This document shows positions 1-12,390 of a stretch of 64,000 nt of DNA, piece by piece. The stretch lies in the NCBI GenBank assembly GCA_951406725.2, contig OX597831.1, positions 66,216,001 to 66,280,000 on the forward strand, given 5' to 3'. The translations under genes and the position numbers were made by a program. The first letter of the stretch is position 1. Every line of letters starts with the position of its first letter. This stretch comes from Octopus vulgaris. Its lineage: Eukaryota. The notes under the pieces were generated by a model. The model was not told the DNA's origin. It saw nothing but the letters and a program-made list of their open reading frames with translations, and made no database searches.

Positions 1-821
1 TTCCTGTGTTTTCAACAACAAAAATTACAATGTTGCCAAAGAAGCAGTTTTTCAAAATTTCAGTTTTACCCACCAACATCAAATTATTTGCTTTCAAAAC
101 TTTTTAAATATATTTTAATTTCAAGTTTAAGAAAATTTGAAGATTATAATTCTGAAATTTTTATTTTTTATTTTTTTTATTTTAATACCTAAAAAATTTC
201 CCTCAATCCTTGCTTTTGGCATACCTTGCACTCATCCAGTATCAACATTCTGGAATTTTTTAAGCCTGTCCATTTATTTGCTCATGATTAGATTCCTGCT
301 GATTGGACATTAGGAGGACAGCCTCTCTGTGGTTGCATGACATGTTAGATATAACAGCAAAAGCTTCCTGAAATTACACACCTTTCACAACTTATAAAAT
401 TTTTAAAAAAAGAATTAGTTACAAAATGTTTGGGGAGTATTTATCAATTTGAGATTGTCTGCATTTTAGTAAGAGTGGAGAATAAATTTGAATTGCATTA
501 CCATCTGAAAAACATTTCCATATCGGAAGAAAGAAATTGGATGGTGAAGATGCAACAGTGACATTTTAAAGAGTGCTGATGCAGTGTTTTTCATAAGAAA
601 ATAACATCCTGCATCTTTAAATGAAACTGTGATTGAAAATTGAAAAGGTGATGAATGAATTGTCATGTTTGTTTTAAAAATTTAAGATAATTTGAAACTC
701 TTAAAACTTGTCCAACACCTTGGCAAAAAAAAGTAGAATTACTTGGATGCAAATTATGCCTTCTCATTAGTAAAGAGATGGTGAGTGACAAAAAAAAATT
801 ACCTAACATTTGATGGTAGTT

Positions 822-867
<46 letters not shown>

Positions 868-1034
868 TGGAGGTTGGGAGAAATGAGAATCACTCTGCTG
901 ATGCATTTCTTATTTCTATTGGGTGTTGATCATTATTCTGAAATTTCAAATAAATTAATGCAGCATGGAAGGTGTGTATAAGCCATTTAAAAAACACACA
1001 AAACCGTTAGATTCACTTCAACATTTAAATTTAA

Positions 1035-1085
1035 TTTGTCAAAATATTTTCGTCGCTTTGAGACCGCGACCTGTTCACTGACAAA
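1035..1085 (-). ncRNA. Type I hammerhead-like motif, G3:C8 variant
   Basis: Minus strand reads TTTGTCA-GTGAACA-G-GTCGC-GGTCTCAAA-GCGAC-GAAA-ATATT-T-TGACAAA: 7-bp stem I, 5-bp stem II and palindromic stem III (AATATT). Confidence 0.55.
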
Positions 1086-1183
1086 ACTTTGTGCTGCATC
1101 AAAGAGATGCAGCACAAAGTTTTGTCAGTAAACAGGTCGCAGTCTCAAAGCGACGAAAATATTTTGACAATGTAGCACAAAGT

Positions 1184-1234
1184 TTTGTCAGTGAACAGGT
1201 CGGGGTCTCAAAGCGACGAAAATATTTTGACAAA
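1184..1234 (+). ncRNA. Type I hammerhead-like motif, G3:C8 variant, sense to PDE4
   Basis: Same architecture as 1035-1085 with a 4-bp stem II. The tandem copy at 1121-1170 has G5->A (GTAAACAG). Confidence 0.5.
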
Positions 1235-2115
1235 TTAAATTTAAATGCTGAAGTGAATCTAACGGTTTTGTGTGTTTTTTAAATGGCTTATACACACCTT
1301 CCATGCTGCAATTGTTTTCATTCCAGCACACGATCTCAGATCAAGTCACTCGTTATGCAAGTACATCTCCGTAATTCAAATAAATTAATTTTCACAATCA
1401 TAATCTCCATATTTCTGTATATGTTGGATAAAATTGTTCAGTTTATGAAAAAATTTTCTAAGACATTTTAGATGCATGATTTGAGGGAGATTTGGCTGTT
1501 ATTTCTAACATCTCAAATAGTCACAAGGAGGTTTCCTTCTTTCATGTCATCTGATTGTCATCATTCAGCAGCTATCTATGCATGGGAAAGTTTAAAAACT
1601 TCCAAAGGTTTGTGTCAGACGGGTGTAAGTATTTTGAAAGCCAGAAGTGAAAGGGGTATTTTTAAGGATTGAAATTTTGGAAAAAGATCTTTTCAGAATT
1701 ATACTCTCCATCTTTAAAAGAAAAAAATTTGAAAATAAAAGCAAAAAATCTGGAGTTTAATTAGGTAACTGGTTTTTGAAAAGCTGTTTGTTTCTTTTTT
1801 GTTTGGGGGTGGGGCATCATCATGTTGCTGAAAATATAGGAATCCTAAGAAGTTTTTGAAAAACAAAGCAAAATAGGAGTGAAATGCATGTTCAACACAG
1901 CTACATTTGTTGCCATAGGAAAATAGAATTATTTAGAAATTAATTCAGGTATGTCATCTGCGTAATTCTGAAGTTAATACTATTATAGTAACGTATATGT
2001 TGTATGGACAGTTATCAGCAAGCTAATCTCCTAATCTCATCTGGATTAGTTGTTTCTTCATTGGCTGTTGGAAATGGGTTCATTTTGATGCCCTATTATA
2101 ACAACTGCTGTGTTT

Positions 2116-2543
2116 GGATCTTTTCGGTTTGAACGGCAGTTTTTAAAATAATTTCCACGTAACTAAAAAATGTTAAACTTCATATACTGGTAGAATGTGT
2201 TTATGAAACATCTTTTTCTCTTGGCTTTATTGGGAAAATTCTATATTTTGTAAGATATTTGTTGTTTTTTCTTCTTCAATTTCTGCAATTTCAACTAATC
2301 AATGATGTCCATTGAGGTAAAAAAAAAACATTCTGTTCCGTATGAATATGGCCCTTGTTTAAGAAATAGATTGGGTATATTTACATTTGTGAAGAAAAAA
2401 AGATACCCTTCCCCCCATCCCTAACCCTAACCCTAACCCTAAAGCAGATTGAAATGCAATAGATCGATACTAGGGCCATAATTATGGGTGACAATTTCAT
2501 ATGACACTGCTAGAAAAAACTGCCGTTCAAACCGGAAAGATCC
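2116..2543 (+). mobile_element. MITE (about 420 bp) with 28-bp TIR GGATCTTTTCGGTTTGAACGGCAGTTTT and internal (CCCTAA)n
   Basis: TIRs at both ends; further copies at 6624, 10287, 24910, 32751 and a partial copy at about 14610-14670. Confidence 0.9.
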
Positions 2544-2802
2544 GAAAATGGGTTCATTTTGATGTCCTATTATAACAACTACTGTGTTTCAATGGTATCA
2601 TTAACTTTATTGTTATCGTCTTTAACTGCATACTCACTGAGGGCAACACTCTCAGTTTCTTGTTTTTGTTAAGTTCAGCCTTTACAGCTTCTCACTAGAA
2701 AATATAACCTTTAGCAACAGACACTTTTAAAATATTCTGCAATAGTAGAGAAACAACCTCTACAGAAACAAATAGTTACCTCCCCTTAGGAAATAAAAAA
2801 CG

Positions 2803-3220
2803 TACTCTTTTATTCTTTTATTTGTTTCAGTCATTTGACTGTGGCCATGCTGGAGCACTGCCTTTAGTCGAGCAAATCGACCCCGACACTTATTCTTTGT
2901 AAGCCTAGTACTTATACTATCGGTCTCTTTTGCCGAACCGCTATGTTACGGGGACGTAAACACACCAGCATCGGTTGTCAAGCAATGCTAGGGGGCACAC
3001 ATACAGACACCCAAACATACACACACACACATACACACACACACACATATGTATATATATATATGACGGGCTTCTTTCAGTTTCCGTCTACCAAATCCAC
3101 TCACAAGGCATTGGTCGACCCGAGGCTATAGTAGAAGACATTTGCCCAAGGTGCCATGCAGTGGGACTGAACCGTGAACCATGTGGTTCGTAAGCAAACC
3201 ACACACCCACTCCTACGCCT
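2803..3220 (-). mobile_element. tRNA-derived SINE, family A (head GGCGCAGGAGTGGCTGTGTGG, CORE-like CCTTGGGCAAGT, tail (AAAAGAGT)n)
   Basis: A/B-box-like head; about 12 near-identical copies in the window. Confidence 0.85.
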
Positions 3221-3540
3221 CGTACCTTTAAAGAATGTTCAAATGTTTATCCTCAGACTAGATTGTATCCAACAAAAAACCTTTCCTTGAAAAGCAAATC
3301 CTCCATTACTACGAAGAAGCTTCTATTTCATTGTTACCTCTGTTAGCACTTGATCTGCTAAATATAGCAACTAAATTCCTGTATTTCACACCTTATTTTA
3401 AAAACAGAAGGCATATTTGCCAGCATAGAGCCAGATATACAGAAAGACTGGATGGCCATGACTGAAATAATTATAATCACATGTGTACTTTATACATTTA
3501 TACCAGTGCTCAGCTGAAACTTTTACAAAAGCCCATGGTC

Positions 3541-3931
3541 TTTACTCTTTTACGTGTTTCAGTCATTTGACTGCAGCCATGCTGGAGTACCGCCTTTAAT
3601 CGAGCAACTCGACCCCAGGACTTATTCTTTGGAAGCCTAGTACATATTCTATCGGTATTTTTTACCGAACTGCTAAGCTACGGGGAGGTAAACACACCAC
3701 CATCAGTTGTCAAGCGATGTTGGGGGGACACATAGACACACAAACACACACACACACACACATATATATATATGATGAGCTTCTTTCAGTTTCCGTCTAC
3801 CAAATCCACTTGCAAGGCATTGGTCGGACTGAAGCTATAGTAGAAGACACTTGCCCAAGGTGCCATGCAGTGGGAATGAACCCGGAACCATGTGGTTGGT
3901 AAATAAGCTACTTACCACACAGCCACTCCTA
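3541..3931 (-). mobile_element. SINE family A copy
   Basis: Matches 2803-3220. Confidence 0.85.
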
Positions 3932-4429
3932 GGTGGGTCGCATTATATGGATATGAAGCATGGACCCTAAAAGTGACAAATACAAAACAACTGAGTGCAT
4001 TTAAGATGACATGCTACAGGTGAGCACTGCAGATCAGTTGGGGCAGCTTGTAAAGCAAGCGATTCAGTAATGTGGGAGAATGGCAGCAGAATGAAAGTTG
4101 GTGGTGATAGTCAGAAGAGTAAGACGGCAATATTTTGGCCTCATTGTTAAAATTCAGAATCTTGGGTGTTAGATGAATGGAAGATGGGCTTGCAGGTGAC
4201 AAAGATGAAGACACAACATGATGACATCAAGGACTGGATAGGGAGTACCCTGGTAGAACGTACTGTGGCAACATGGGACTACAGTGTATGACAAGAAGTG
4301 GTAGTTGTGTCTGAGTCCCCCAACCCTCACACATGAGAATGGTATATTCATCTTCATTATTAAACACAGAGATAGCATGATTTTATTTAATAATAATAAC
4401 AATAATAATAATAATAATGATGATGATAA

Positions 4430-4630
4430 TTCTATGTAATCTCAAGTTTTAAAACAAACATAATTTTCGTATGGTTTTTAGACATTCACTAGTACAACAC
4501 TAAGTACAAAACCAAATATATGGCACCCTAGGCATAACACCAACATGAACTTCTAGCTTGTGTCTTGGGGTCTCTGGGTGAGACTTGGAGCCAACTTGTA
4601 CAAATGTAAAGCAAAAGTCAAACATAGAAT
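4430..4630 (+). mobile_element. Probable 3' end of an R4/Dong-like LINE in (TAA)n
   Basis: gtcttggggtctctgggtgagacttgg...caaaagtcaaacat ends in TAA repeats; the same end recurs at 51840-51905. Confidence 0.5.
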
Positions 4631-4666
4631 AATAATAATAATAATAACAACAACAACAACAATAAC

Positions 4667-4701
<35 letters not shown>

Positions 4702-4922
4702 TAATTATAATCATGGCTTCAAATTTTAGCACAAAGCCAGCAAGTTCAAGGGAAGGAGTAAGTTGATTACATCAACCCAGTGCTCAACTGGTATTTATTT
4801 TATTGACCCTAAAATGATGAAAGGCAAAGTCGACCTCAACAGAATTTGAACTCAGAACATAAATTCAGACGAAATGCCAAGTATTTTGCTGGTGTGCTAA
4901 CAATTCTGCCAGCTCATCACCT

Positions 4923-4955
<33 letters not shown>

Positions 4956-5019
4956 CGATGGTGGCGGTGGCGGCAACGACGATGCAACATGTATCTAAAA
5001 TATAATTTATAGACATAGA

Positions 5020-6598
5020 CAGCTGCAGAACGAAAAAAGAAACATTAGCAGAACAGTATTGAATATTTATGGTATAGATTTATTGCATCACCTTCAGACA
5101 AGCTATTATTGATGTGCTTAATTTGCCAAAAAGTGTTTCCCAATGAATCTATGAAGTCTTCAAGATTACAAGAATACTTAGAAAAAGTTCATGCAAATAA
5201 CATGATTTGTCTTATTTTAAAATACTTTAAGACAAATTAGTGATTGCTTTGGATCATATGGTGCAATACATCGTTACAGTAATTAACAAAATCAAAAGCA
5301 ATTCTTTGAATGGCATTATGTGGACAGTTCTGCAAACAAACAATGAAGAATTTAATCTCTTTAGATTCCTCACCATAGTTCACTTATGGCCAAAGTGTAT
5401 TTGCTTTTATAGTCCTTTCGAAACAGATTTCGAATTTTTTGGAAAACAAAGATGTTTTCATGTGCGACAAATTGAAGAAGTTCAATGAAAGGAATTTTCG
5501 GCTCCAACATGAACTTGATTTGATTAAAATGAAGATTATCATATATTCGTTTGTTTTAGGCTTGTTCTGTTCAAATGTAACGTGAGACATAGCAAATTTA
5601 ATCAGTTTCTAACTATTTCTGCTACCACAAAAAAAAAAAAAAAAGAAAGAAAGAAAATGAAAAAACATACTGGATTTTAATATTTAGGTGCACTATCCTC
5701 ATTTGGTAGTACTGCATTAATACAGCTCTGAATAGTCTGGAAATATCTTTACACATAAAAATTCTAGATTGGATGTTAGATCTGTTAGGAAATGTTGATG
5801 AAATCACATGAAGTTACTGAATTAAAAACCACCAATGAGTTCAAATTGAAGAATGGGCATCATAATTTTCAACTGCAGCACCAAATTTCAAATCTTTTCC
5901 CTGGATTATGAAGCATTGTGAAAAAAGTTCTTGGCAGTATTTCTCTGTGGAGGCACATGGCCTAGTAGTTAGAGCAGCAGACTCACGGTCGAGGGATCGC
6001 GGGTTCGAATGTGTGTATTTATGAGCGAAAACACCTAAGCTCCACGCGGCTCCAGCAGAAGGTAATGGTGAAACTTCTGCTGACTCTTTCGCCACAACTT
6101 TCTCTCACTCTTTCCTCCTGCATCTTGCAGCTCACCTGCAACGAACCAGCGTCCCATCTAGGTGGAGAACCTATATGCCAAGAAACTGGGAAACCGGCCC
6201 TTATGAGCCAGGCATGGCTTGAGAAGGAACAAACAAGTATTTCTCTTGTCATATGGATCTAGTGTCAAAAGGTCTGTAATGACAGACCTTTTGACACAAA
6301 GGAGAAACTGACTACAAATAGTCAAACAGATTATTTTAAGGAAGCTTGGTTGCTATCACTGAGCAGGATGTAGAAATATTAGTCTCGTTACATCACACTA
6401 TACTTCACAATAATAAATCAAATATTTTTAGATTCCTTTGTACAATATTTGGTTATACAATTATTGTTTAAAAAAAAACATTTAAATTTAATTTTTAGCA
6501 CACCATTTTTAGCTGACTTTATTGGGTCAGAGGTGCTGATGAAATATATTCTCTAGAGTGAGGTGATAGCGAAGAAAAAATTTTTAGAAACGTTGGTA
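5020..6598 (+). mobile_element. Degenerate hAT (Buster/Charlie-like) transposase relic
   Basis: Translates to FIASPSDKLLLMCLICQKVFPNESMKSSRLQEYLEKVH (BED-like) and TVINKIKSNSLN, with a C-terminal TDLLTQRRN-like segment; many stops; interrupted by a SINE. Confidence 0.6.
5947..6236 (+). mobile_element. tRNA(Arg)-like SINE, family D
   Basis: Head GTGGAGGCACATGGCCTAGTAGTTAGAGCAGCAGACTCACGG..GGTTCGAAT; 11-bp TSD agtatttctct. Confidence 0.85.
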
Positions 6599-6623
6599 TC
6601 AATGAATCTAGTTTATGATATCA

Positions 6624-7038
6624 GGATCTTTTCGGTTTGACCGGCAGTTTTTTCTAGCAGTGTCATATGAAATTGTCACCCATAATTATGACCCTAGTAT
6701 CGATCTATTGCATTTCAATCTGTTTTAGGGTTAGGGTTAGGGGTGGGGGAAGGGTATCTTTTTTTCTTCACAAATGTAAATAAACCCAATCTGTTTCTTA
6801 AACGAGGGACATATTCATACGGCACAGAATGTTTTCACCTCAATAGACGTCATTGATTAGTTGAAATTGCAGAAATTGAAGAGAAAAAAAACAAATATCT
6901 TACAAACCATAGAATTTTCTCAATAAAGCCAAGAGAAAAAGATGTTTTATAAACACATTCTACCAGTATACGAAGTTTAAAAGTATTTAGTTACGTGGAA
7001 ATTATTTTTAAGAACTGCCTTTCAAACCGAAAAGATCC
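6624..7038 (-). mobile_element. TTAGGG-containing MITE copy
   Basis: Both TIRs present; short flanking duplication gatatca. Confidence 0.9.
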
Positions 7039-7324
7039 GGATATCAAGATATCGTGGATATTTAAAATTATGAAGGAAATTATAAGGTCATTTGATAAAC
7101 TGAAAGGAGAAGAGATATAAGTAAAGTTTGTAGGATAAAATGCAAAAATAAATGAAATAGTTGAAAGTGAAAGTATATTACTTATTACATTTCTTGTTGC
7201 AATAAAATTCGAGAATGTCTTCTTTTTCTCAGGTCACATTCTCATTTTGGTTTGTTAAAGATTATTTTCTACTTATATCCATTTTCAGGAGAAAAATCAT
7301 CAAAAATTCTCTTGGTTTTATTTT

Positions 7325-7720
7325 ATCTTGACCTTTATTCTCTCGAAAAACGACGACGCCATGGTAATCTCATTCTCACTCACAACATCGTAAGCGGAAA
7401 GTGTAACCTCCCGAAAGAGCTGTTCTTCACTCCTACTCCAGAGCGTGGGCTGTGGAGTCACTCTGAAAAGCTCTATCTATGATGATTTCATCTCAATCAA
7501 AGGAGAGGGGCTTTCTCTGTCCAGGTTGCAGATCCGTGGAATAAGCTGCTGGACGAGATAGTGAAGATGCCGACGACCGCTTGGTTCAAAGTCTCTCTTG
7601 ACTAGAAATGGCCTGAACTCTTTGTGTGACCACCCTCTCTATACATAACTCCATGTCCACCTACATGGCCTTGCTTTTGCCTTTTGAGCCAATAAAAATT
7701 GAATTGAAATTGAATTGAAT
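7325..7720 (+). mobile_element. CR1-like LINE 3' fragment
   Basis: DLYSLEKRRRHGNLILTHNI...DPWNKL...FKVSLD C-terminus and (AATTG)n tail; the same family occurs at 20850-21185 (-) and 25848-26060 (+). Confidence 0.75.
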
Positions 7721-8100
7721 CTTTATGTGAAATCACAATTAAGTTTGAAATACTGAACGAGAATGTCAAAGAAAATGTTTGTTTTTCCAAACTACAATCA
7801 TATTTTCCATTAAATCTTTTTGTAGTTATCTTAATCAGAAATGGTTAGAAGTTAGTCTTTAGTAGTAAACCATAACTAGTGAATATAGAAGATCAACAAT
7901 AAATAGAGACGAACTAGTTGAATACATTTCATAGAAAATGTAATGTCAGCTTGTGAAAACAGAACAAAGTTGAGAAAATAACTGAATAAGAATGAATGAT
8001 GTATCTTGAGTGAAGAAATGGTGTGAGTTAGGAAAGTAAATATAATGGCAGTGGAGAGTAACTAATTATAACTGAATAAGAGTTAGATTTCATTTGGGAG

Positions 8101-8465
8101 ATCATCATCATCATCATCATCATCGTTTAACGTCCACTTTCCATGCTAGCATGGGTTGGACGATTTTGACTGAGGGCTGGCGAACCAGATGCCTGCACCA
8201 GGCTCCAATCTTGATCTTGCAGAGTTTCTACAGCTGGATGCCCTTCCTATTGCCAACCACTCTGAGAGTGTAGTGGGTGCTTTTTACATGCCACCAGCAT
8301 GGGGGCCAGTCAGACGGTACTGGTAACGGCCTCGCTTGAATCTTTTTACACGTGCCACCCGCACAGGTGTCAGTAAGGTGACATTGGTAACAATCACGGT
8401 CGAATGGTGCCTTTTTATGTGCCACGGGTACGGAAGCCAGTTGGCTGCTCTGGCAATGATCACGA
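8101..8465 (-). mobile_element. RTE-tail SINE, family C ((GAT)n tail, GGAAGGGCATCCAGCTGTAGAAAC motif)
   Basis: Copies at 31330-31569, 34040-34600, 37305-37475, 45058-45410 and 63865-64000. Confidence 0.75.
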
Positions 8466-8597
8466 ATAAATATAAAAAGTACTTTTAAAGAAACTTTCCA
8501 TTTTTATGATTCAAATACAGATGACTGTCAGTCTCTCTCTCTCTCTCTCTTTAAGACTGGTGAGAAGGTCATCAATCTGGCTTATGTTCCCACCAGA

Positions 8598-8642
<45 letters not shown>

Positions 8643-9244
8643 TAAATGACCCAATACAAGCCAATTAAACCAACTCTTAATCAGATGTAAGCTTTAATTC
8701 ATTAAACTTAATCATATAGATTTGCATATTTCTGACATTACAAAATCATATTCTTCAACCATACCTACAGATTACTACCCACGCAAATTATTGAAATTAA
8801 ATTCACAGACTAATAATACAGATATTATGTAGCTAGAATAAAATATTGAAGTGATCAAGAAAAAATATTTGAAACAGTATCATTTATAAAGATACATGTG
8901 TACATATGCAACCAAAATACACTGCTTTTGTAATAATTACCATCTTATAGAGGTTTCAAATGACAAAATTGCACTCAAACTACTGCAATAACAAGAATTA
9001 CATCACCATGACTAAAAGTAAAGAGGATTCTATCAGAATGCAAAAAGCAAAAAACAAAAAGAAAAACAGACCTGATGTCAGTTATAAAAATAGAGTGCAG
9101 CAATATAAACAGTACACTTCTCACACCTGATGGCATGGCTGGCAACATAGAGGCTTAGAATATTGATACTCTATCATTACTAACATGATGAAATAACAAA
9201 AAGATTCACCCTCTCTGCTTCTTTCTCTCACAGCTTTCTTTCAT

Positions 9245-9291
9245 TCACACATATTCACACACACACACACACACACATACACACATACACA

Positions 9292-9332
<41 letters not shown>

Positions 9333-9520
9333 ACACATGCACGCACACACATACACACACACACATATACACACACATACACACACACGTGCACGCACAC
9401 ACATACACACACACATAAACACATACACACACATACACACACACATACACACACATACACACACATACACACACACACACACATGCACGCACACACATAC
9501 ACACACACACACACACACAC
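9245..9520. repeat. (CA)/(CATA) compound microsatellite
   Basis: Direct observation. Confidence 0.95.
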
Positions 9521-10021
9521 ATCTCTACTTCAGTATATTGTTGCCATAGTAAAAATTCTGGCATTGTTCCAGAAATACTACAATCATCAATATCGAATGT
9601 TAATGCTGTACCACTTGCTTTCACTTCCTTTTTCTTAAAGTTTCTTTACTTCTTCCAAGAAGATATTCCCATTCGATGGAAAACAAACATCTTTTAGCAG
9701 TGATATATTATCTTTGTGGCATATTTACTGCAACATATTTAGCACCCTTTCCACTCTATATTTCTGCAAGTAGTTGCAATGTTATTGTTCCTAGCCTATA
9801 AATGGTACAGTGTATCAAAGGGTAGACAGGAGGAGATGGTAGAATGAGTGAGAGGGTAGGGAATATTAAAAGGTGTAGGATGATAGAGGAAAGTGAGTGG
9901 AGGAGACACTAAGGTGACAGAGATGGTACAGTGGCAGAAGGTAGTGAGTGACAGAGAGCAGTGAATGCTGACAGAGTAGAATGACGGTGGTAGTGAATGA
10001 CAAAGACAAAAAGAAAGAAGG

Positions 10022-10740
10022 CACTTAGTGACAGAGATAGTTGAGTGATAGAGAGCTGTAAGTGAAATGACAGAGACAAATTGACTGAGGGCAGTGAGTG
10101 ACGGAGACAGTTGAGTGATAGAGAGCTGTAAGTGAAATGACAGAGACAAATTGACTGAGGGCAGTGAGTGACAGAGACAGTTGAGTGATAGAGAGCTGTA
10201 AGTGAAATGACAGAGACAAATTGACTGAGGGCAGTGAGTGACAGAGATAGTTGAGTGATAGAGAGCTGTAAGTGAAATGACAGAGAGGATCTTTTCGGTT
10301 TGAACGGCTGTTTCTTCTAGCGGTGTTATATGAAATTGTCACCCATAATTATGACCCTAGTATTGATCTATTGCATTTCAATCTGTTTTAGGATTAGGTT
10401 TAGGGGTGGGGGGAAGGGTATCTTTTTTTCTTCACAAATGTAAATAAACCCAATCTGTTTCTTAAACGAGAGACATATTCATACAGTACAGAATGTTTTT
10501 TACCTCAATAGATGTCATTGATTGGTTGAAATTGCAGAAATTGAAGATAAACAACAACAAATATCTTACAAACTATAGAATTTTCTCAATAAAGCTAAGA
10601 GAAAAAAATGTTTTATAAACACATTCTACCAGTATACAAAGTTTAAAAGTGTTTAGTTACGTGGAAATTATTTAAAAAAACTACCGTTCAAACCGAAAAG
10701 ATCCCAGAGACAAATTGACTGAGGACAGTGAGTGACAGAG
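10022..10740 (+). repeat. 70-bp minisatellite (about 4 units) interrupted by a MITE
   Basis: ttgactgagg recurs at 10081, 10151 and 10221, and the unit resumes after 10704. Confidence 0.9.
10287..10704 (-). mobile_element. TTAGGG-containing MITE copy
   Basis: Both TIRs present; flanking duplication cagaga. Confidence 0.9.
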
Positions 10741-11315
10741 ATATCAAAGTGACAGAGACAGTTGAGTGACATGCGACATTGAATAGCAGAGACATTATAT
10801 GATAGAGGGCAATGAGTGGTAGTGATATAAAATTAACATAGGGTAGTGAGTGGCAGAGATAATAAAGTAACAAGGGGCAGTAAGGGATGGAGACAGTTGA
10901 GTGACATAGGACATTGAATGATAAAGACATTGAATGGTAGAGGGCAGTGACATTGGCAATCAGGTGACAGAGTAAGGCAGAGTCGAAAAGAATAGTGAGT
11001 CATAGAAACGGTGTAGTAACGGAGATTGTCAGGTGATGAACACGTCATAGTGGAAGAAAAACTGAGCGACACAGAGAGGAGAGTACTAGAGTCTGTCTTC
11101 AAACTAAGATGCATGTTTGTTTATCTTTAGCAAAATTCATTTGTTATACATACATACATTCATATGTATGGGCATAAGGATCAAATTTTCTGATTAATCA
11201 TAACTCTAGGACTTGGAATGAGGTCACAAACAGTGACAAAAGATCTCTGACAAACAAGCTGATTGAGTGATAAAATGATTAATCAAATACTCAATTTGTT
11301 AATTAGTTAACTAGT

Positions 11316-11655
11316 TACTTGTACTTGTACTTGTGGCGACATTCACCCTGGGTGGGTTGAGTCGGCTTCTTCTACTTGGAAGAAGTTTTGTGGGAATATG
11401 TGGATTTCACAAGCGGTCCCCAACAATCCCGCATGTGGAGACATCCTGTTTGCTGCAGATTGTCCGCAGACGCAGGGACAGAACGACCGAGGAGCTGCCG
11501 GTTGCTGAAACAGACACTCTGAGGATTTTCACCAGAGCCCAATCCGCCTTGGGTGGCCCTACCAGGAACCAAAGTTCCCGACGGCATAGCTCTGACACTA
11601 CCTGTTGCCAGCGTCCCCACCCTGGTGAGGAGGGGATGGACTTTGGGGACGCAAA
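11316..11655 (-). mobile_element. 5'-truncated RTE/RTEX-like LINE end
   Basis: GC-richer block with a (CAAGTA)n tail on the minus strand, TSD aactagtt, and a degenerate RTE-type C-terminal peptide. Confidence 0.6.
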
Positions 11656-11763
11656 CTAGTTGAGTAATAATTATAAAAATAAGAGAATTAGGACTAATCT
11701 GTGTGTTTCTCAGTGGTAATATGACCTTTTCAAGACCCATTGTCATCATTTAACATGTTGTGT

Positions 11764-11795
<32 letters not shown>

Positions 11796-12204
11796 ACATT
11801 TATATGTATCTATGTAGGTATGTGTGCTTCTACTTAGCATTATGACATCATTATGACACCATTTCGACTTAAAACTGACCAACCTATAATATTATTTTAT
11901 TTTTGATCTACTTCATTTTTCTTTTCTTCTTTTTTTACATACATACACGCGTATGTATGTGTATGAATGGAAGAGGAAGTGTGCATTGATGTGTGTGTGT
12001 GTCTGTATACATATGTATATGTCTATATACATGTGTGTGTGTGTCTGTGTTCATTGTTCAATAGCCCTACCTATACAGTGGATAACAAACTCCAAAATGT
12101 TAGTTTCAAAATTGCTTTTAAGCAATTTGTAAACAGCTAATAATTTATAAACATCAAATTATTGAAGAGGAAAAATTATCAGAAAAGCTATTTCTATTCA
12201 TTTT

Positions 12205-12266
<62 letters not shown>

Positions 12267-12298
12267 AATGAAATAAAAAACAGAACACAAAGGATGTC

Positions 12299-12390
12299 GC
12301 GATACACATATTTCAAGCTTTATAAAATAACCTATTCTTACATCAATGTATAATCGACATAACAGATGGTTTAAAGCTCTCTTCAGCCGC
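12299..12390 (-). ncRNA. Type I hammerhead ribozyme motif with extended stem II
   Basis: Minus strand reads GCGG-CTGAAGA-GAGCTTTA...TAAAGCTT-GAAA-TATGTG-TA-TCGC, with a canonical core and GUA cleavage triplet. An inverted partial copy at about 12518-12605 has CATGTG-TA-CCGC. Confidence 0.65.

Larger units (their letters stand above)
960..1310. mobile_element. Fold-back (long inverted repeat) Penelope-like derivative containing three hammerhead-like motifs
   Basis: 960-1100 is the reverse complement of about 1171-1310; an extra 63-bp tandem copy lies at about 1108-1170. Confidence 0.7.

Noticed and set aside
2419-2442. (CCCTAA)n as a telomere or chromosome fusion scar
   Set aside because: Only 2-4 units, always at the same position inside the MITE.
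2943-3193. Recurrent ORF ...LLSVSVYQIHSQG..EDTCPRCHAVGLNPEPCGW resembling a small Cys-rich gene family
   Set aside because: It is the antisense reading of SINE family A; copies have SINE heads and tails and no splice structure.
7219-7238. Pyrimidine-CAG|GT motifs as recursive splice sites (also about 16960-16978)
   Set aside because: The regenerated donors (GTCACA, GTCCTG) are far from consensus.
9241-9624. Long ORFs of CV/HT/YI/poly-I/poly-F/poly-R composition (also 14202-14602, 35080-35677, 40822-41320, 52837-53257, 59596-59983)
   Set aside because: They are translations of microsatellites that lack stop codons in some frames.
9545-9800. Cys-containing minus-strand remnant resembling a piggyBac cysteine-rich domain
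   Set aside because: Too degenerate, with stops and no termini, to call without a search.
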